From positions 13,915 to 77,914 of the forward strand of contig JBILDU010000002.1 of assembly GCA_044352465.1 (NCBI GenBank): a DNA stretch of 64,000 bases. Reading direction: 5' to 3'. This DNA is from Bdellovibrionota bacterium (GTDB lineage: Bacteria > Bdellovibrionota_C > UBA2361). Each line of letters starts with the position of its first letter. The stretch's first letter is position 1. The notes beneath the pieces were generated by a model. It was not told the origin of the DNA. It saw nothing but the letters and a program-made list of their open reading frames with translations, and did no database searches. Position numbers and translations under genes: made by a program. Positions 1 to 9,844 of this stretch are shown here, piece by piece.

Positions 1-1112
1 TCGGGGGAAAATCTTCTTAAGATCGGACTGTTTTCGTATCCGATGCCGAGAGGGTAGCGTAGCGATAATTCACCCCCGATCTCCCAAATGACTTGTCGTC
101 CTCCAGCGATAAAGAAGTGCTCGGAGGAAACCGCGATTCGGTTGCGCAGGGGGGTAATGACCACAACGAGAAGGACTGCGGTAACGATAAGGGGGATGAG
201 GTAGCGGCGGGCGTGGAGCACCAGTAAGACCAGTCCCCCCACAAAGACACCGAGCCACGGGCCACGTTTGAGGTTCACCAGGAGTGCGGTGCCAAGATAT
301 GGCAGCACAAATGCGACCAGGAAAAATATCTCGGGGAGGCCAGGAATTTTGAGACGATTGAGTTGAATCGCTGCAACAATTCCGAGGAGCGAGGCGAAGA
401 GCACCGAAAGTGCGCCGATGGTAAAGCTGATGCCCTCAAGTCCGACTTCTTGGCCGAAACTGAGCGAAAGGAGCAGGAGGAAAGTTAATGTCCCGAGGAG
501 CGCTGCGTGACGTCGCTCTTGTAGGTAACGTAACGTCGCTTCACCTGTCTCTTGACGATGAGCAAAGTGGAGCGCTTGACGATTCAGTGCGAAAGCCACC
601 CCAACCCCGCAGAGGATAGAGATGCCGAGTTGGCCCGATTCGCTAACGCTGCCGAGGAATAGCTGTGGTATCGCGGGATAAGCTGCGGAGATTACCGAGT
701 GCATCGCGGCGATCGTTTGACCGACAAGGAGAGCGCTTAAAATTCGTAGCACATTTGCGCCACGCAAGTCGGCGAAGGCCACGATCGTCACGGTGTAGAA
801 TGCGAAACGGATTACCTTTGGGACGCTCCGTCCGGGGTCGAGACCGAAAAGGGCGCTGAGGCTGACGAGGAGCAAAAAGAAGAGTAGCGCCCGGATGGGG
901 AGTGTCCTCGCGAGCTCGAATCGCCGGGTGATAAGGAGTCGGGTGAGCCACAAGCCGTTAAGGGGGATCAGGAAGAGATACGCTAACGCGAGTTTCAGAG
1001 GGAGGAAGAAGGCTGCGCCAAGGGCTAAGAGAGTCCCGTATCGCTCGAAGCCGTCCCGGAGTAGTCCGTGAAGAGGGGCGCGTTTTAGGAAAGGGGCGGC
1101 GGTTTCGGTCAT
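1..1112 (-). CDS. O-antigen ligase / Wzy_C-family polytopic membrane protein (N-terminal ~370 aa present; C-terminus runs off the window edge)
   Basis: I translated the minus strand by hand from ATG (plus 1110-1112): MTETAAPFLKRAPLHGLLRDGFERYGTLLALGAAFFLPLKLALAYLFLIPLNGLWLTRLL... It continues as an uninterrupted highly hydrophobic ORF (…LGTLTFLLLLSLSFGQEVGLEGISFTIGALSVLFASLLGIVAAIQLNRLKIPGLPEIFFLVAFVLPYLGTALLVNLKRGPWLGVFVGGLVLLVLHARRY…) to position 1. It is absent from the ORF track only because it has no in-window stop. The multi-TM profile and length fit the O-antigen ligase/polymerase family. Confidence 0.5.
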   Translation of the reverse strand, partial: MTETAAPFLKRAPLHGLLRDGFERYGTLLALGAAFFLPLKLALAYLFLIPLNGLWLTRLLITRRFELARTLPIRALLFFLLLVSLSALFGLDPGRSVPKVIRFAFYTVTIVAFADLRGANVLRILSALLVGQTIAAMHSVISAAYPAIPQLFLGSVSESGQLGISILCGVGVAFALNRQALHFAHRQETGEATLRYLQERRHAALLGTLTFLLLLSLSFGQEVGLEGISFTIGALSVLFASLLGIVAAIQLNRLKIPGLPEIFFLVAFVLPYLGTALLVNLKRGPWLGVFVGGLVLLVLHARRYLIPLIVTAVLLVVVITPLRNRIAVSSEHFFIAGGRQVIWEIGGELSLRYPLGIGYENSPILRRFSP

Positions 1113-1525
1113 AGCTTGTTCGATCGGACGGGTCGCTCGCGGCGTTCATCGCACTCTTAAGGGTGCGGTGAATAGGCTCGGCGGCTCGTGCCCCTTTTAA
1201 TAAGATCCTTCACCTTGTTTCCCGTGTGGGGGGTCCTAGTCCTTCGACCAATAAGTTTTTTCACTCCCGCGGAGTGAAAAACTAACTCAGGACTAGTGGT
1301 GAGCATAAATTCTATCACCTTGCAGGTGAAAGAATTTAATGGTCGAACCACTAGGTTTTGCTGGTGTGCCGACGGGCTCCGTTCGGCTGAGCTCACCGAA
1401 GTCACGGCCGAAGCCTGCCCCCCTTTCCAGCGCTCGGGCTATCATCTCTTGCACCTCTGGCACCTCTAGTGCCGAGCGGCTGCAATGCTGCTATAGTTTA
1501 CGCGGTACATCGGCGAGGTGAAACC

Positions 1526-1933
1526 ATGAAAAATCGACTTTTGATTTTGACCATTGGCTTGCTCTGGTATTGCGGAGCCGGCACTGCGATGGGCGAGTTC
1601 CGCCCCCAGCCGTTGAGCCCCGGAATGACTGCTCGCGAGGTGTTGACCTTGTGGGGATCGCCGCTTGAACGGGTCGAGCAAGAGACAAAAAGGGAAGAGG
1701 TGTGGCGGTATCCAGGGAGCTCGTCTGTCTCCTTCACGGTTGGAAAAGTGATCGCCTGGCAGATCGGAGCAACTCCGCGCACGGGGATTCCCCTGTCAAC
1801 GGCGATGCTCCATGCCGATCAAGTCGGGGCGAAAGCAGCGTCCACCCGAACCTCGCTGGTCTCGGATGATCAGATGCGAGACATTCTCGATGAGATAGTC
1901 CAGAGAAGTCCCGACAGCCCGACAGCCCCGTAA
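1526..1933 (+). CDS. secreted SmpA/OmlA (BamE-like) domain protein
   Basis: MKNRLLILTIGLLWYCGAGTA signal peptide, then GMTAREVLTLWGSPLERVEQETKREEVWRYPGSSSVSFTVGKVIAW. This follows the BamE/SmpA-OmlA pattern (G.T..eV...LG.P...e...E.W.Y....v.F..GkV). The upstream M at 1469 is less likely. Confidence 0.5.
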   Translation: MKNRLLILTIGLLWYCGAGTAMGEFRPQPLSPGMTAREVLTLWGSPLERVEQETKREEVWRYPGSSSVSFTVGKVIAWQIGATPRTGIPLSTAMLHADQVGAKAASTRTSLVSDDQMRDILDEIVQRSPDSPTAP

Positions 1934-2018
1934 GAGGGCAGGGTTCCCAGCGAAGAAGGGGGGTATCTCCTCGTACCGCTCATCGGGGACCATCTCCGAC
2001 CTGGCGGTGGTGGACCGG

Positions 2019-3152
2019 TTACTCCATCGTCGACATCATCGGGGTCGGTTCCTCTTCAGCTACAAGCTCTTCATCGGCGAGGTTCGCGTCCTCTGCGGCA
2101 GCCGCATTGAAATCCTCGAGGATACTTTTCGCAAACTCAACTGCGACAGTTTGTTTTGAAGTCTCGATAGTCTTCTTCAAGAAAGCCTCAGTTTCCTCAT
2201 CGTAGTTGACGTGATCGATCGCATCTTGCAGGAGCCTCTTGTCAGCTTCGCTATCTTTGGAGTTGTTCAGGATATCGAACACAATCTGTAATCCGGGTTG
2301 ACCGCCGTTGATAAGCGATTTCACCGCAAGGTGCGAATATTGATCTCGCTTTAAGGCGATTTCCTGAAGGTAGGGAAGGGTCTCCTCGCTTGGAACCAGC
2401 TCGGCAAGCCCGATTCCTACCGAGTAGTAACCGTCCGGATCGCCTCGGTCTACCGTGTTTTTATAGAGCGCCTCTGCCGCGAGACGGGAACCTTGATTGG
2501 TAATCGCTGCGACCGAAGCCTCGCGAAGAGACTCGTTGGTAGCGCCCATGTGCTCGCTTAAGAATTCGACCACATCGTCTTTACCCATCGTTAGTTCAAG
2601 CGCCTCGGCATAGGTGTCGCCGATCTCCTTTGAGGGAGCGTTTTTGATTCCTTCAACGAGGGTCGCGAGGTTATCTACCCGTCCGCTTATCGCTAAAATC
2701 TCAGCGTAAAAGGTCCTTTGATCGGTTGGGAGAGCTTGATCGCCGAGGAGGTCCTTCACCGACTTGTAGAGTTCGGGGCACCACGTGCAATCATCCCCGG
2801 GGAGGGTAAACTGCTCGAGGATCATGTCATCGTAATCGCGTGCCCCCGCCTGAATCGCTTTGAGGGCCTCTTCCGCGTTCGCGTAGAACTGGGCGGCTGG
2901 CTTTGTTTCACCCTCGGCGTTGAACATATCCGCCGTATCCCCCCCCTCGGGGCTTGCCCCGTCCAGCGTCGCTGAGTTCGTTGATTCGTCTAGGTTGTTG
3001 ATATCATTGATCATGTCGTTGCGGACGGTTTCGGCTGATGGGTTCGCTTTGGAGCCATCTGAAACGGTATTTACCGGGGTTTTTGAGGCGCTGAAAAACC
3101 AGGCCGAGATAGCCAAAACAGCGAGGAGGAGGATCGGAAATATCTTCTTCAT
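2019..3152 (-). CDS. secreted acidic protein with HEAT-like alpha-helical repeats (hypothetical)
   Basis: 377-aa ORF with N-terminal signal peptide MKKIFPILLLAVLAISAWFFSAS. It is Asp/Glu-rich with repeated helical segments (…SLREASVAAITNQGSRLAAEALYKN…). It looks slightly AT-richer than its neighbours by eye. Confidence 0.55.
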   Translation of the reverse strand: MKKIFPILLLAVLAISAWFFSASKTPVNTVSDGSKANPSAETVRNDMINDINNLDESTNSATLDGASPEGGDTADMFNAEGETKPAAQFYANAEEALKAIQAGARDYDDMILEQFTLPGDDCTWCPELYKSVKDLLGDQALPTDQRTFYAEILAISGRVDNLATLVEGIKNAPSKEIGDTYAEALELTMGKDDVVEFLSEHMGATNESLREASVAAITNQGSRLAAEALYKNTVDRGDPDGYYSVGIGLAELVPSEETLPYLQEIALKRDQYSHLAVKSLINGGQPGLQIVFDILNNSKDSEADKRLLQDAIDHVNYDEETEAFLKKTIETSKQTVAVEFAKSILEDFNAAAAEDANLADEELVAEEEPTPMMSTME

Positions 3153-3471
3153 ACAGGTTGTTGTTGAAAGTTACCCAGGCGAATCGCCAATCTATCAAAT
3201 AGCCAGTCTATACAGATATCTGTCTATCGAAGCTGGACGAAAATGTTATCAGGTTAAAGTGAGTTTTCTACCACTTTCGCACTCGGTCCGAGATCTTTTG
3301 GGGCTATTCACAGTGAGAAATAACCGTTGCCCCGCAGACTTACGCTTCGCACTCATCCGCGGTCGGACTTTGTGTCCTCTCCGACGAGGATGCGAAACGA
3401 ATTTTCAGAACCTTTCTAACTACTTTTAATTCATTCGACCCGATTGGGAAAGACCGCCTCGGGGTAGTCCG

Positions 3472-3894
3472 ATGAAGCTGCCACTGAGGGCACCTAACGT
3501 CGCCGGCATACTCAAGATTGCGCGCCTTTCGGCCGACAATAGCGTTATGACTGAAAAGCCCCGCATGAACCTCCGTGGAACCCGAGCGTACGAGCTCTTC
3601 TGTTCCGAGCTGGGAGGCCAGGTTGAGCGTATGCGCTCGCTGTTCGGGGACGGCGAGGTCTTGTCAGTTTCAGAGGTTACCGACATAGGCCGGATAGCCC
3701 ACACGATAAAAGGTGGGGCAGGATTCTTTAGTCTCGACGAGGTCGCCGCGGTCGCGGCGCGCCTTGAGGCGATCTTTCTTCAGTTTGGTCAGGTCGACCC
3801 GGTTGAGGTCGCGGCAGCTTTACAAACGCTTGATGCCCTCAGCCGAAACTTACCCCCAGCCACCGAAGGAGTTGAACGATGCCGGACCTCTTAA
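3472..3894 (+). CDS. histidine phosphotransfer (Hpt) domain protein
   Basis: Canonical Hpt phospho-His motif IAHTIKGGAGFFSLDEV (H-x-x-K-G). The true start may be the internal ATG at 3547 (MTEKPRM…). The stop overlaps the start of the downstream response regulator by 16 nt. Confidence 0.7.
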   Translation: MKLPLRAPNVAGILKIARLSADNSVMTEKPRMNLRGTRAYELFCSELGGQVERMRSLFGDGEVLSVSEVTDIGRIAHTIKGGAGFFSLDEVAAVAARLEAIFLQFGQVDPVEVAAALQTLDALSRNLPPATEGVERCRTS

Positions 3895-4712
3895 TCGTCT
3901 GTCGCGACAACCGCATTCGGGCGCAGCTTGAGGAGCTTGGCAGTGGGGCCTTGTTCCGGGTCAAAGCGACGGCCGACGTGACGAGCGGGCTTGAGTGGTT
4001 GAAACTCCGCTCTTTCGATATCGCCTTCGTCGACGGCTCAGTTTCGGTCGCCGATCAGCAGAAGCTTGGTACCGGGATGTGGCAAAAAAATCCGGTGGCT
4101 CCGCTGGTTGTGTTTCACCTCGACTCTACGTTGAAGAAAGTCCAGAGTGAAGCGCGGCTTTTCGGAGCCGATCTCGCGGTCGGTGATGATGCCTGGCGGG
4201 TACTCAAAGAGTCGCTCGCTGGGGTGAAGCCACGCGGATTTCAAAAGATGAACCCATTTAAGATTATGGTTGTCGAAGACCTTGATTCGCCCCGAGATAT
4301 CGTGTGCTCGTACATCGAGAACATGGGCTTTGAGCATGTCGAGGGCAAACGCTCAGTTAAGGAAGCGATCTCTGCCCTCGAGGGGGAACCTGAGAAATTC
4401 TCGTGTATCGTCACCGATATCCGCATGCCCGAGGTGAGTGGCCAAAAGCTCATCGAGTTTGTGCGAAATCACGAAAAGCTCAAGCATATCCCCATAATCG
4501 CCCTTACGGCGTACGGCACCGTCGATACCTTAGTCGAATGCCTGAAGGCGGGGGCGAGCGGTTTTCTGGTAAAGCCTCCCCGCAAGCCTGATCTCTCGCG
4601 GGAACTCGGCCGCGCGCTCCGTATCTCCGCTCGGGGAGCAAGTCCGCGGCTCGCGAGTCACGACGAAGCTGAGATTCTCCGCGAGATCCTTATCGACCGC
4701 GGCATGATCTGA
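3879..4712 (+). CDS. response regulator with two receiver domains (N-terminal degenerate REC plus canonical C-terminal REC; no output domain)
   Basis: REC2 has all the hallmarks: VVEDLD…IVTDIRMPEVSG (phospho-Asp), IIALTAYG (Thr), GFLVKP (Lys). REC1 keeps the Asp (AFVDGS) but lacks the Thr/Lys positions. An AAGGAG RBS lies upstream of the ATG. Translationally coupled to the Hpt gene. Confidence 0.8.
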   Translation: MPDLLIVCRDNRIRAQLEELGSGALFRVKATADVTSGLEWLKLRSFDIAFVDGSVSVADQQKLGTGMWQKNPVAPLVVFHLDSTLKKVQSEARLFGADLAVGDDAWRVLKESLAGVKPRGFQKMNPFKIMVVEDLDSPRDIVCSYIENMGFEHVEGKRSVKEAISALEGEPEKFSCIVTDIRMPEVSGQKLIEFVRNHEKLKHIPIIALTAYGTVDTLVECLKAGASGFLVKPPRKPDLSRELGRALRISARGASPRLASHDEAEILREILIDRGMI

Positions 4713-4838
4713 GCGTCTTTCGGTCGGTCGCTTGAGGGATTAACTCTACCGGTCTTTGAAGTTGCCTTTGAAGGTGGCCCGCTCCCGTGTTAGCATCGGC
4801 ACGCTCCGATTTTTCGGTGCTCTAACGGGTAACAAGCA

Positions 4839-7800
4839 GTGTCCGATCGCTTCCTCAAACGTCTCCGTGAAAAAGTTCTCGTCTTCGACGGGGCGATGGG
4901 TACAACCATCCAGGCGCGCAACCTTAACCCCGATGATTTCGGCGGGCTCGATGGTTGTAACGAGAACCTCGTTATCACCCGTCCGGAGATCGTTAAGGAT
5001 ATTCACGCGACTTTTTTCGATGTCGGCGCTGATGTCGTCGAAACAAACACTTTTGGCTCCTCGGCGGTCGTCCTCGCGGAGTATGGAATTGGGGAGCAAA
5101 GCTACGTGATATCGAAGCGAGCGGCGGAGCTCGCGAAATCGGTCGCTAATGATTTCTCCTCGGGGGCGTGGCCCCGTTTCGTCGCCGGCTCTGTCGGGCC
5201 AACGACGAAGCTCGTGACGTTGGGTCATACGACTTTCGATGAGATGCATGCGAGCTATCTTCCCCAGATGCTGGGACTACTCGACGGAGGGGTCGATCTG
5301 ATTCAGATCGAGACGTGCCAAGATATCTTGCAAGTAAAGTGCGCCGTCATCGCCGCGGTCGATGCGATGAAGAAAGTTGGTCGGCGGGTGCCGATAATCG
5401 CCACCATGACCATCGAGACCACCGGCACGATGCTCCTCGGGACTGAGATGGCGGCGGCGCTGGTTGTGCTTGAGACCTTGCCCCTTGATGGCGTGGGGCT
5501 TAACTGCGCGACCGGTCCCGATATGATGGAGGAGAACGTCCGTTTTCTCGGGAAGACGAGCTCTCGTCCGATTGCGGTGTTGCCGAATGCGGGCCTGCCT
5601 CGAAACGTCGAGGGGCAAGCCGTCTACGATCTCACCCCGCAAGATTTCGCCGATCACCAAGAGATCTTTGTGCGTGATTACGGCGTTTCGATGGTTGGGG
5701 GATGTTGCGGGACGACCCCGAAGCATATTCAAGCCCTCTTCGAGCGGGTAGGTGGGTTATCGCCTCAAGATCGTCCGCACGACTTCGCTTCGCACGTGTC
5801 TTCAACTTACACGGCTGTGCCGCTCGATCAGGATGGCACATCTCCACTTATTGTGGGTGAGCGGTGTAATGCCAACGGCTCAAAGCAGTTTCGGGAGATG
5901 CTTCTCAAAGAGGATTGGGAAGGTATCGTTGAGATGGGCCGCAGCGAAGTCGACGAGGGAGCGCACGTGCTCGATGTCTGCACCGCCTATGTCGGTCGGG
6001 ACGAGGTACGCGATATGCGCGAGGTGCTCTTTCGCTTCGCCCCGCAAGTGACCGCGCCGGTGATGATCGACTCGACCCAGCTTGATGTTTTGGAAGCGGG
6101 CCTCAAACTTGTCGGCGGTCGGGCGATTATCAATTCGATTAACCTCGAAGATGGCGAGGGGAAATTTGATCGTATCTGTGAGCTCGCCGTGCGCTACGGT
6201 GCAGCTCTGATCGCCCTCACGATCGATGAGGAGGGGATGGCGAAAACGGCGGCGCGGAAGCTCGCCGTGGCAGAACGTATCCACAAACTCGCTCACGAGC
6301 GTCACGGTATACCGTCGGAGGCGCTCATCTACGATCCGTTGACGTTTACGATCGGCTCCGGTGATGAGGATAGTCGAACCGCTGGAATTGAGACCCTTGA
6401 GGGAATTAAGCTTATCAAAGCGCACATCCCGCGGGCTCGGACGATTCTAGGTCTGTCAAACGTGTCGTTTGGATTGAAGCCTTATCCGCGGCAGATCTTA
6501 AACTCGGTTTTTCTCAGCGAGGCGCTGAAGCTCGGTCTTGATGCGTGTATCGTCCACTCCAAGAAGATCCTGCCGATGCATAAAATTGAGCCGGAAATCG
6601 CCGCGCTCACCCTCGATCTTATCTACGATCGGCGTCGAGAGGGATACGATCCGCTGTTCGTATTCATTGAGAAGCTTCAGGGAGCAAAAGGGGCTGCAAG
6701 CGAGGGGGACGAATCCGATGATACCCCGATCGAGGAGGTCCTCAAGCGCCGGATCATCGATGGAAAGAAGACCGGTATCGAAGTGGTGCTCGACCGGGCG
6801 CTCACGACCTATGACCCTCTGACGATCATCAATTCGATCCTCCTTGAAGGGATGAAGACGGTCGGCGACCTCTTCGGAGCGGGGGAGATGCAGCTTCCTT
6901 TCGTGCTCCAATCTGCGGAGACGATGAAAAAAGCGGTCGCGCATCTTCAGCAGTTTATGGATAAGTCCGCCGGGCCGTTAAAGGGGTGTCTCGTCATCGC
7001 GACGGTGAAAGGTGACGTGCACGATATCGGAAAGAATCTTGTCGATATTATCCTCTCAAATAACGGTTATAAGGTCGTCAATCTCGGCATTAAGCAGCCC
7101 CTTGAGGCGATTCTCCAAGCTGCTGAGGAGCACAAGCCCCACGCCATCGGGATGTCGGGTCTTCTGGTGAAATCGACCCTCGTCATGAAGGAGAATCTCG
7201 AGCAGATGGCGGCGCGAGGGATGACGATTCCGGTTATCTGTGGTGGGGCGGCGCTCAATCGAGCGTACGTCGAGGTCGATCTACGTCAAGCGTATCCAAC
7301 CGGGCAGGTGTTTTATGGCGCTGACGCGTTCACCGGGCTCCAGTTGATGGATGAGCTGACCGGTCAGGTCGTCGATAAGAAATTGACGACGAAGAACGAT
7401 GAGAATGCGCGCCGGCGGGGCGAGATGCGGGTTGAGCGGGAAGCACGCATCGCCGAAAAGGCGAATGAGTATGCCCCGAGTGGTATTCGCGTTTTGCCAC
7501 CCGAAGAGATCCCAACACCACCTTTTTGGGGGTATCGGCATCTCGATTCGGCGGCGCTCAATCTCCGCGAGATATTCGCGTTTATCAATAAAAAAGCCCT
7601 TTTCGCGAATCAATGGATGTACCGACGAGGCAAGAAGTCGACGGCTGAGTACCGGGCATTTATACGTGATCATGTTGAGCCAACGTTCCAAGAGTGGTGC
7701 CAGCGTACGATCGAGCGGGAATGGCTCAAGCCGCGGATCGCCTACGGTTATTTTCCGTGTCAAAGTGAGCGGAATGACCTGATTATCTTCGCTCCGGATG

Positions 7801-8309
7801 ATCACACCCACGAGGTTTGTCGCATCTCTTTCCCGCGTCAGGTCTCCGATCAGCGGCGGTGTCTTGCTGACTACTTCCTGCCCCGCTCAAGTGGGCGAAA
7901 AGATGTGGTCGCATTTCACGTCGTCACCGCTGGAGCCCTCGCCTCAGAGAAGTGTCGGGAGCTTTTTAAAGCTGACGAATACTCGGACTACCTCCACTTT
8001 TACGGTCTTTCGGTTGAGACAGCTGAGGCGCTGGCGGAGTATTGGCACAAGCGTATACGGCAGGAACTGGGGATCGCCGGGCAAGATGGACTCACCATTG
8101 AGTCGCTTTTTCGGCAAACCTACCACGGTGAGCGGTATAGCTTTGGCTATCCGGCGTGTCCGAACGTCGAGGATCAGCGGTATATCTTCGATCTTATCCG
8201 CCCAGACGAAATCGGTGTCGAGCTAAGCTCGGAGTTCCAACTTGTGCCCGAGCAGTCCACCTCAGCGATTATCGTGCACCATCCCGATGCATGCTATTAC
8301 GCCATTTAG
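4839..8309 (+). CDS. metH: cobalamin-dependent methionine synthase
   Basis: 1156 aa. Homocysteine S-methyltransferase N-domain (VLVFDGAMGT…GGCCGT), pterin-binding domain, B12-binding motif GDVHDIGKN (DxHxxG), and a C-terminal AdoMet-activation domain. Confidence 0.95.
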   Translation: MSDRFLKRLREKVLVFDGAMGTTIQARNLNPDDFGGLDGCNENLVITRPEIVKDIHATFFDVGADVVETNTFGSSAVVLAEYGIGEQSYVISKRAAELAKSVANDFSSGAWPRFVAGSVGPTTKLVTLGHTTFDEMHASYLPQMLGLLDGGVDLIQIETCQDILQVKCAVIAAVDAMKKVGRRVPIIATMTIETTGTMLLGTEMAAALVVLETLPLDGVGLNCATGPDMMEENVRFLGKTSSRPIAVLPNAGLPRNVEGQAVYDLTPQDFADHQEIFVRDYGVSMVGGCCGTTPKHIQALFERVGGLSPQDRPHDFASHVSSTYTAVPLDQDGTSPLIVGERCNANGSKQFREMLLKEDWEGIVEMGRSEVDEGAHVLDVCTAYVGRDEVRDMREVLFRFAPQVTAPVMIDSTQLDVLEAGLKLVGGRAIINSINLEDGEGKFDRICELAVRYGAALIALTIDEEGMAKTAARKLAVAERIHKLAHERHGIPSEALIYDPLTFTIGSGDEDSRTAGIETLEGIKLIKAHIPRARTILGLSNVSFGLKPYPRQILNSVFLSEALKLGLDACIVHSKKILPMHKIEPEIAALTLDLIYDRRREGYDPLFVFIEKLQGAKGAASEGDESDDTPIEEVLKRRIIDGKKTGIEVVLDRALTTYDPLTIINSILLEGMKTVGDLFGAGEMQLPFVLQSAETMKKAVAHLQQFMDKSAGPLKGCLVIATVKGDVHDIGKNLVDIILSNNGYKVVNLGIKQPLEAILQAAEEHKPHAIGMSGLLVKSTLVMKENLEQMAARGMTIPVICGGAALNRAYVEVDLRQAYPTGQVFYGADAFTGLQLMDELTGQVVDKKLTTKNDENARRRGEMRVEREARIAEKANEYAPSGIRVLPPEEIPTPPFWGYRHLDSAALNLREIFAFINKKALFANQWMYRRGKKSTAEYRAFIRDHVEPTFQEWCQRTIEREWLKPRIAYGYFPCQSERNDLIIFAPDDHTHEVCRISFPRQVSDQRRCLADYFLPRSSGRKDVVAFHVVTAGALASEKCRELFKADEYSDYLHFYGLSVETAEALAEYWHKRIRQELGIAGQDGLTIESLFRQTYHGERYSFGYPACPNVEDQRYIFDLIRPDEIGVELSSEFQLVPEQSTSAIIVHHPDACYYAI

Positions 8310-8375
8310 AGAGACGCTGACCCTGGCGCTCGCTCCATTCGGAGCGCCCCAAAGCGCCGATACTTACGGCGGCGT

Positions 8376-8399
8376 GCAGGGGGGGCCGTGACGAGTCAC
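8376..8399 (+). terminator. candidate intrinsic terminator after metH
   Basis: CCGTGA-cgag-TCACGG hairpin followed by TCTATTTTG. A second GC-rich hairpin (GGCGCTCGCTCC-attc-GGAGCGCC) lies at 8326-8353, directly after the stop. Confidence 0.35.
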
Positions 8400-8655
8400 G
8401 GTCTATTTTGGAGGTGGCCTCCGGCTTGCGGTTCGTAACCGTTGTTCAGCCTGAAAGTTTTTTACTCGGGAAAACGGTGGTATAAGTGTCAACGAACGGT
8501 CCGCTTTGCCCTTCCGGGAAAAAGTGTACACGGAGTGGGTTTTCATCGAGCAGATGGTGTGGCAGTGAAAAAAGTCTCTGAGCGAAAAATGACGACGGCT
8601 ATGAGCGGAAACTCGCTGGCAGGCCTTTGTGTTCGCTCCAACCGATAGGTCTCTT

Positions 8656-9741
8656 ATGCGCGTGCTCGTCGTTGGGACCCTGATCGATCGGGTCGAACGG
8701 GGCCTCTTTGAGGGCTTATGCGAGAAAGGGTTTGCCCTCGAGCTCGTTTGCGCTGAGCAATCACCGAATCTTGAAGCGCTACGAGCGCGGAATGTGCCGA
8801 TCGCCTATCAGACGATGCGGAGTAAGTTCGATCGCCAGGCGATTCGGTTCTTACGGGAAAAACTCGCCGCTGAGCGTTTTGATGTTGTATATGCGTTGAC
8901 GGCGCGGGCGCTCACCACCGTATTGTGGGCGACGCGGGGGACCACTCAGCGAGTGGTGACCTATCGGGGGACGGTCGGACATCTGAGCCGGCTCGATCCG
9001 ACCTCATATCTCGGCTTTTTGAACCCCCGTATCGAGCGAATTATTTGTGTCTCTCAAGCAGTTGAGCGCTACCTTCTTTCGAAAGGTGTCGCCGCAAACC
9101 GACTGGTGACGATATATAAAGGCCACGATCCGGTGTGGTACAGCGGCGGAGAGTCGGTTGACCTCAGTCAGTTTGGTATTCCCCCCGGGGCCCCGGTCGT
9201 GGGCTGTACCGCTAATATGCGTCCGGTGAAAGGAGTTGATATCCTTGTACGAGCCTTTGGCCTCCTCAAAGGGTCGAACCCGGCCCACCTTTTGCTGATC
9301 GGAGAGGTCCGCGATAAAAGGCTCAGTCGATTGGTGGAGAGTCTGGGGATCGGAGACCGGGTTCACTTCACCGGATATCGCGCCGATGCCCCCCAAATCG
9401 TGCGTTCGTGTCAGGTGTTTGTGATGCCGTCGCGGGCCCGTGAGGGGTTACCGAAAGCGGTGATTGAGGCGATGAGCCAGGGCGTTCCGCCTATCGTGAC
9501 CGCGGTGGGAGGGATGCCGGAGCTTGTGGCTGATGGTCTCTCGGGACTCGTTGTTCCGCCGAGCGATGTGCGTGCGCTGGCGGAGGCCATCGAGCGGTTG
9601 GTCCGAGACGACGAGTTCCGGACCCGTTTGGGGGCAGGCGCCTCTGCTCGAATCAAAGGAGAGTTCTCGATCGCCCGGACGATCGAGGCGACGGCACGGG
9701 TACTTCAGGGGCTCGCTCCAGGTTCTGCGGGGGCCCCCTAG
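8656..9741 (+). CDS. glycosyltransferase family 1 (GT4-type)
   Basis: C-terminal GT1 signature …VMPSRAREGLPKAVIEAMSQGVPPIVTAVGGMPELVADGLSGLVVPP… (E-x7-E region). The upstream in-frame ATG at 8629 is an alternative start. Confidence 0.8.
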   Translation: MRVLVVGTLIDRVERGLFEGLCEKGFALELVCAEQSPNLEALRARNVPIAYQTMRSKFDRQAIRFLREKLAAERFDVVYALTARALTTVLWATRGTTQRVVTYRGTVGHLSRLDPTSYLGFLNPRIERIICVSQAVERYLLSKGVAANRLVTIYKGHDPVWYSGGESVDLSQFGIPPGAPVVGCTANMRPVKGVDILVRAFGLLKGSNPAHLLLIGEVRDKRLSRLVESLGIGDRVHFTGYRADAPQIVRSCQVFVMPSRAREGLPKAVIEAMSQGVPPIVTAVGGMPELVADGLSGLVVPPSDVRALAEAIERLVRDDEFRTRLGAGASARIKGEFSIARTIEATARVLQGLAPGSAGAP

Positions 9742-9844
9742 CACCTGAGTAAAACATCGCTCAATATCCGCACGAACAAGCACCGACGAGTCTGCAGCAA
9801 GCAAAGGCAGTTCTTTTTTCGTAAACCTGTTAGAGTAAACGACG

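Noticed and set aside
4713-4838. Possible riboswitch (cobalamin or SAM) in the metH leader
   Set aside because: Only 126 nt, and I see no B12-box or SAM-I/II core sequences. metH itself is B12-dependent and not usually riboswitch-controlled.
5277-6425. Minus-strand ORFs (151 and 181 aa) inside metH
   Set aside because: Antisense to a confidently identified long gene. Arg/Pro-rich composition typical of spurious ORFs in high-GC DNA.
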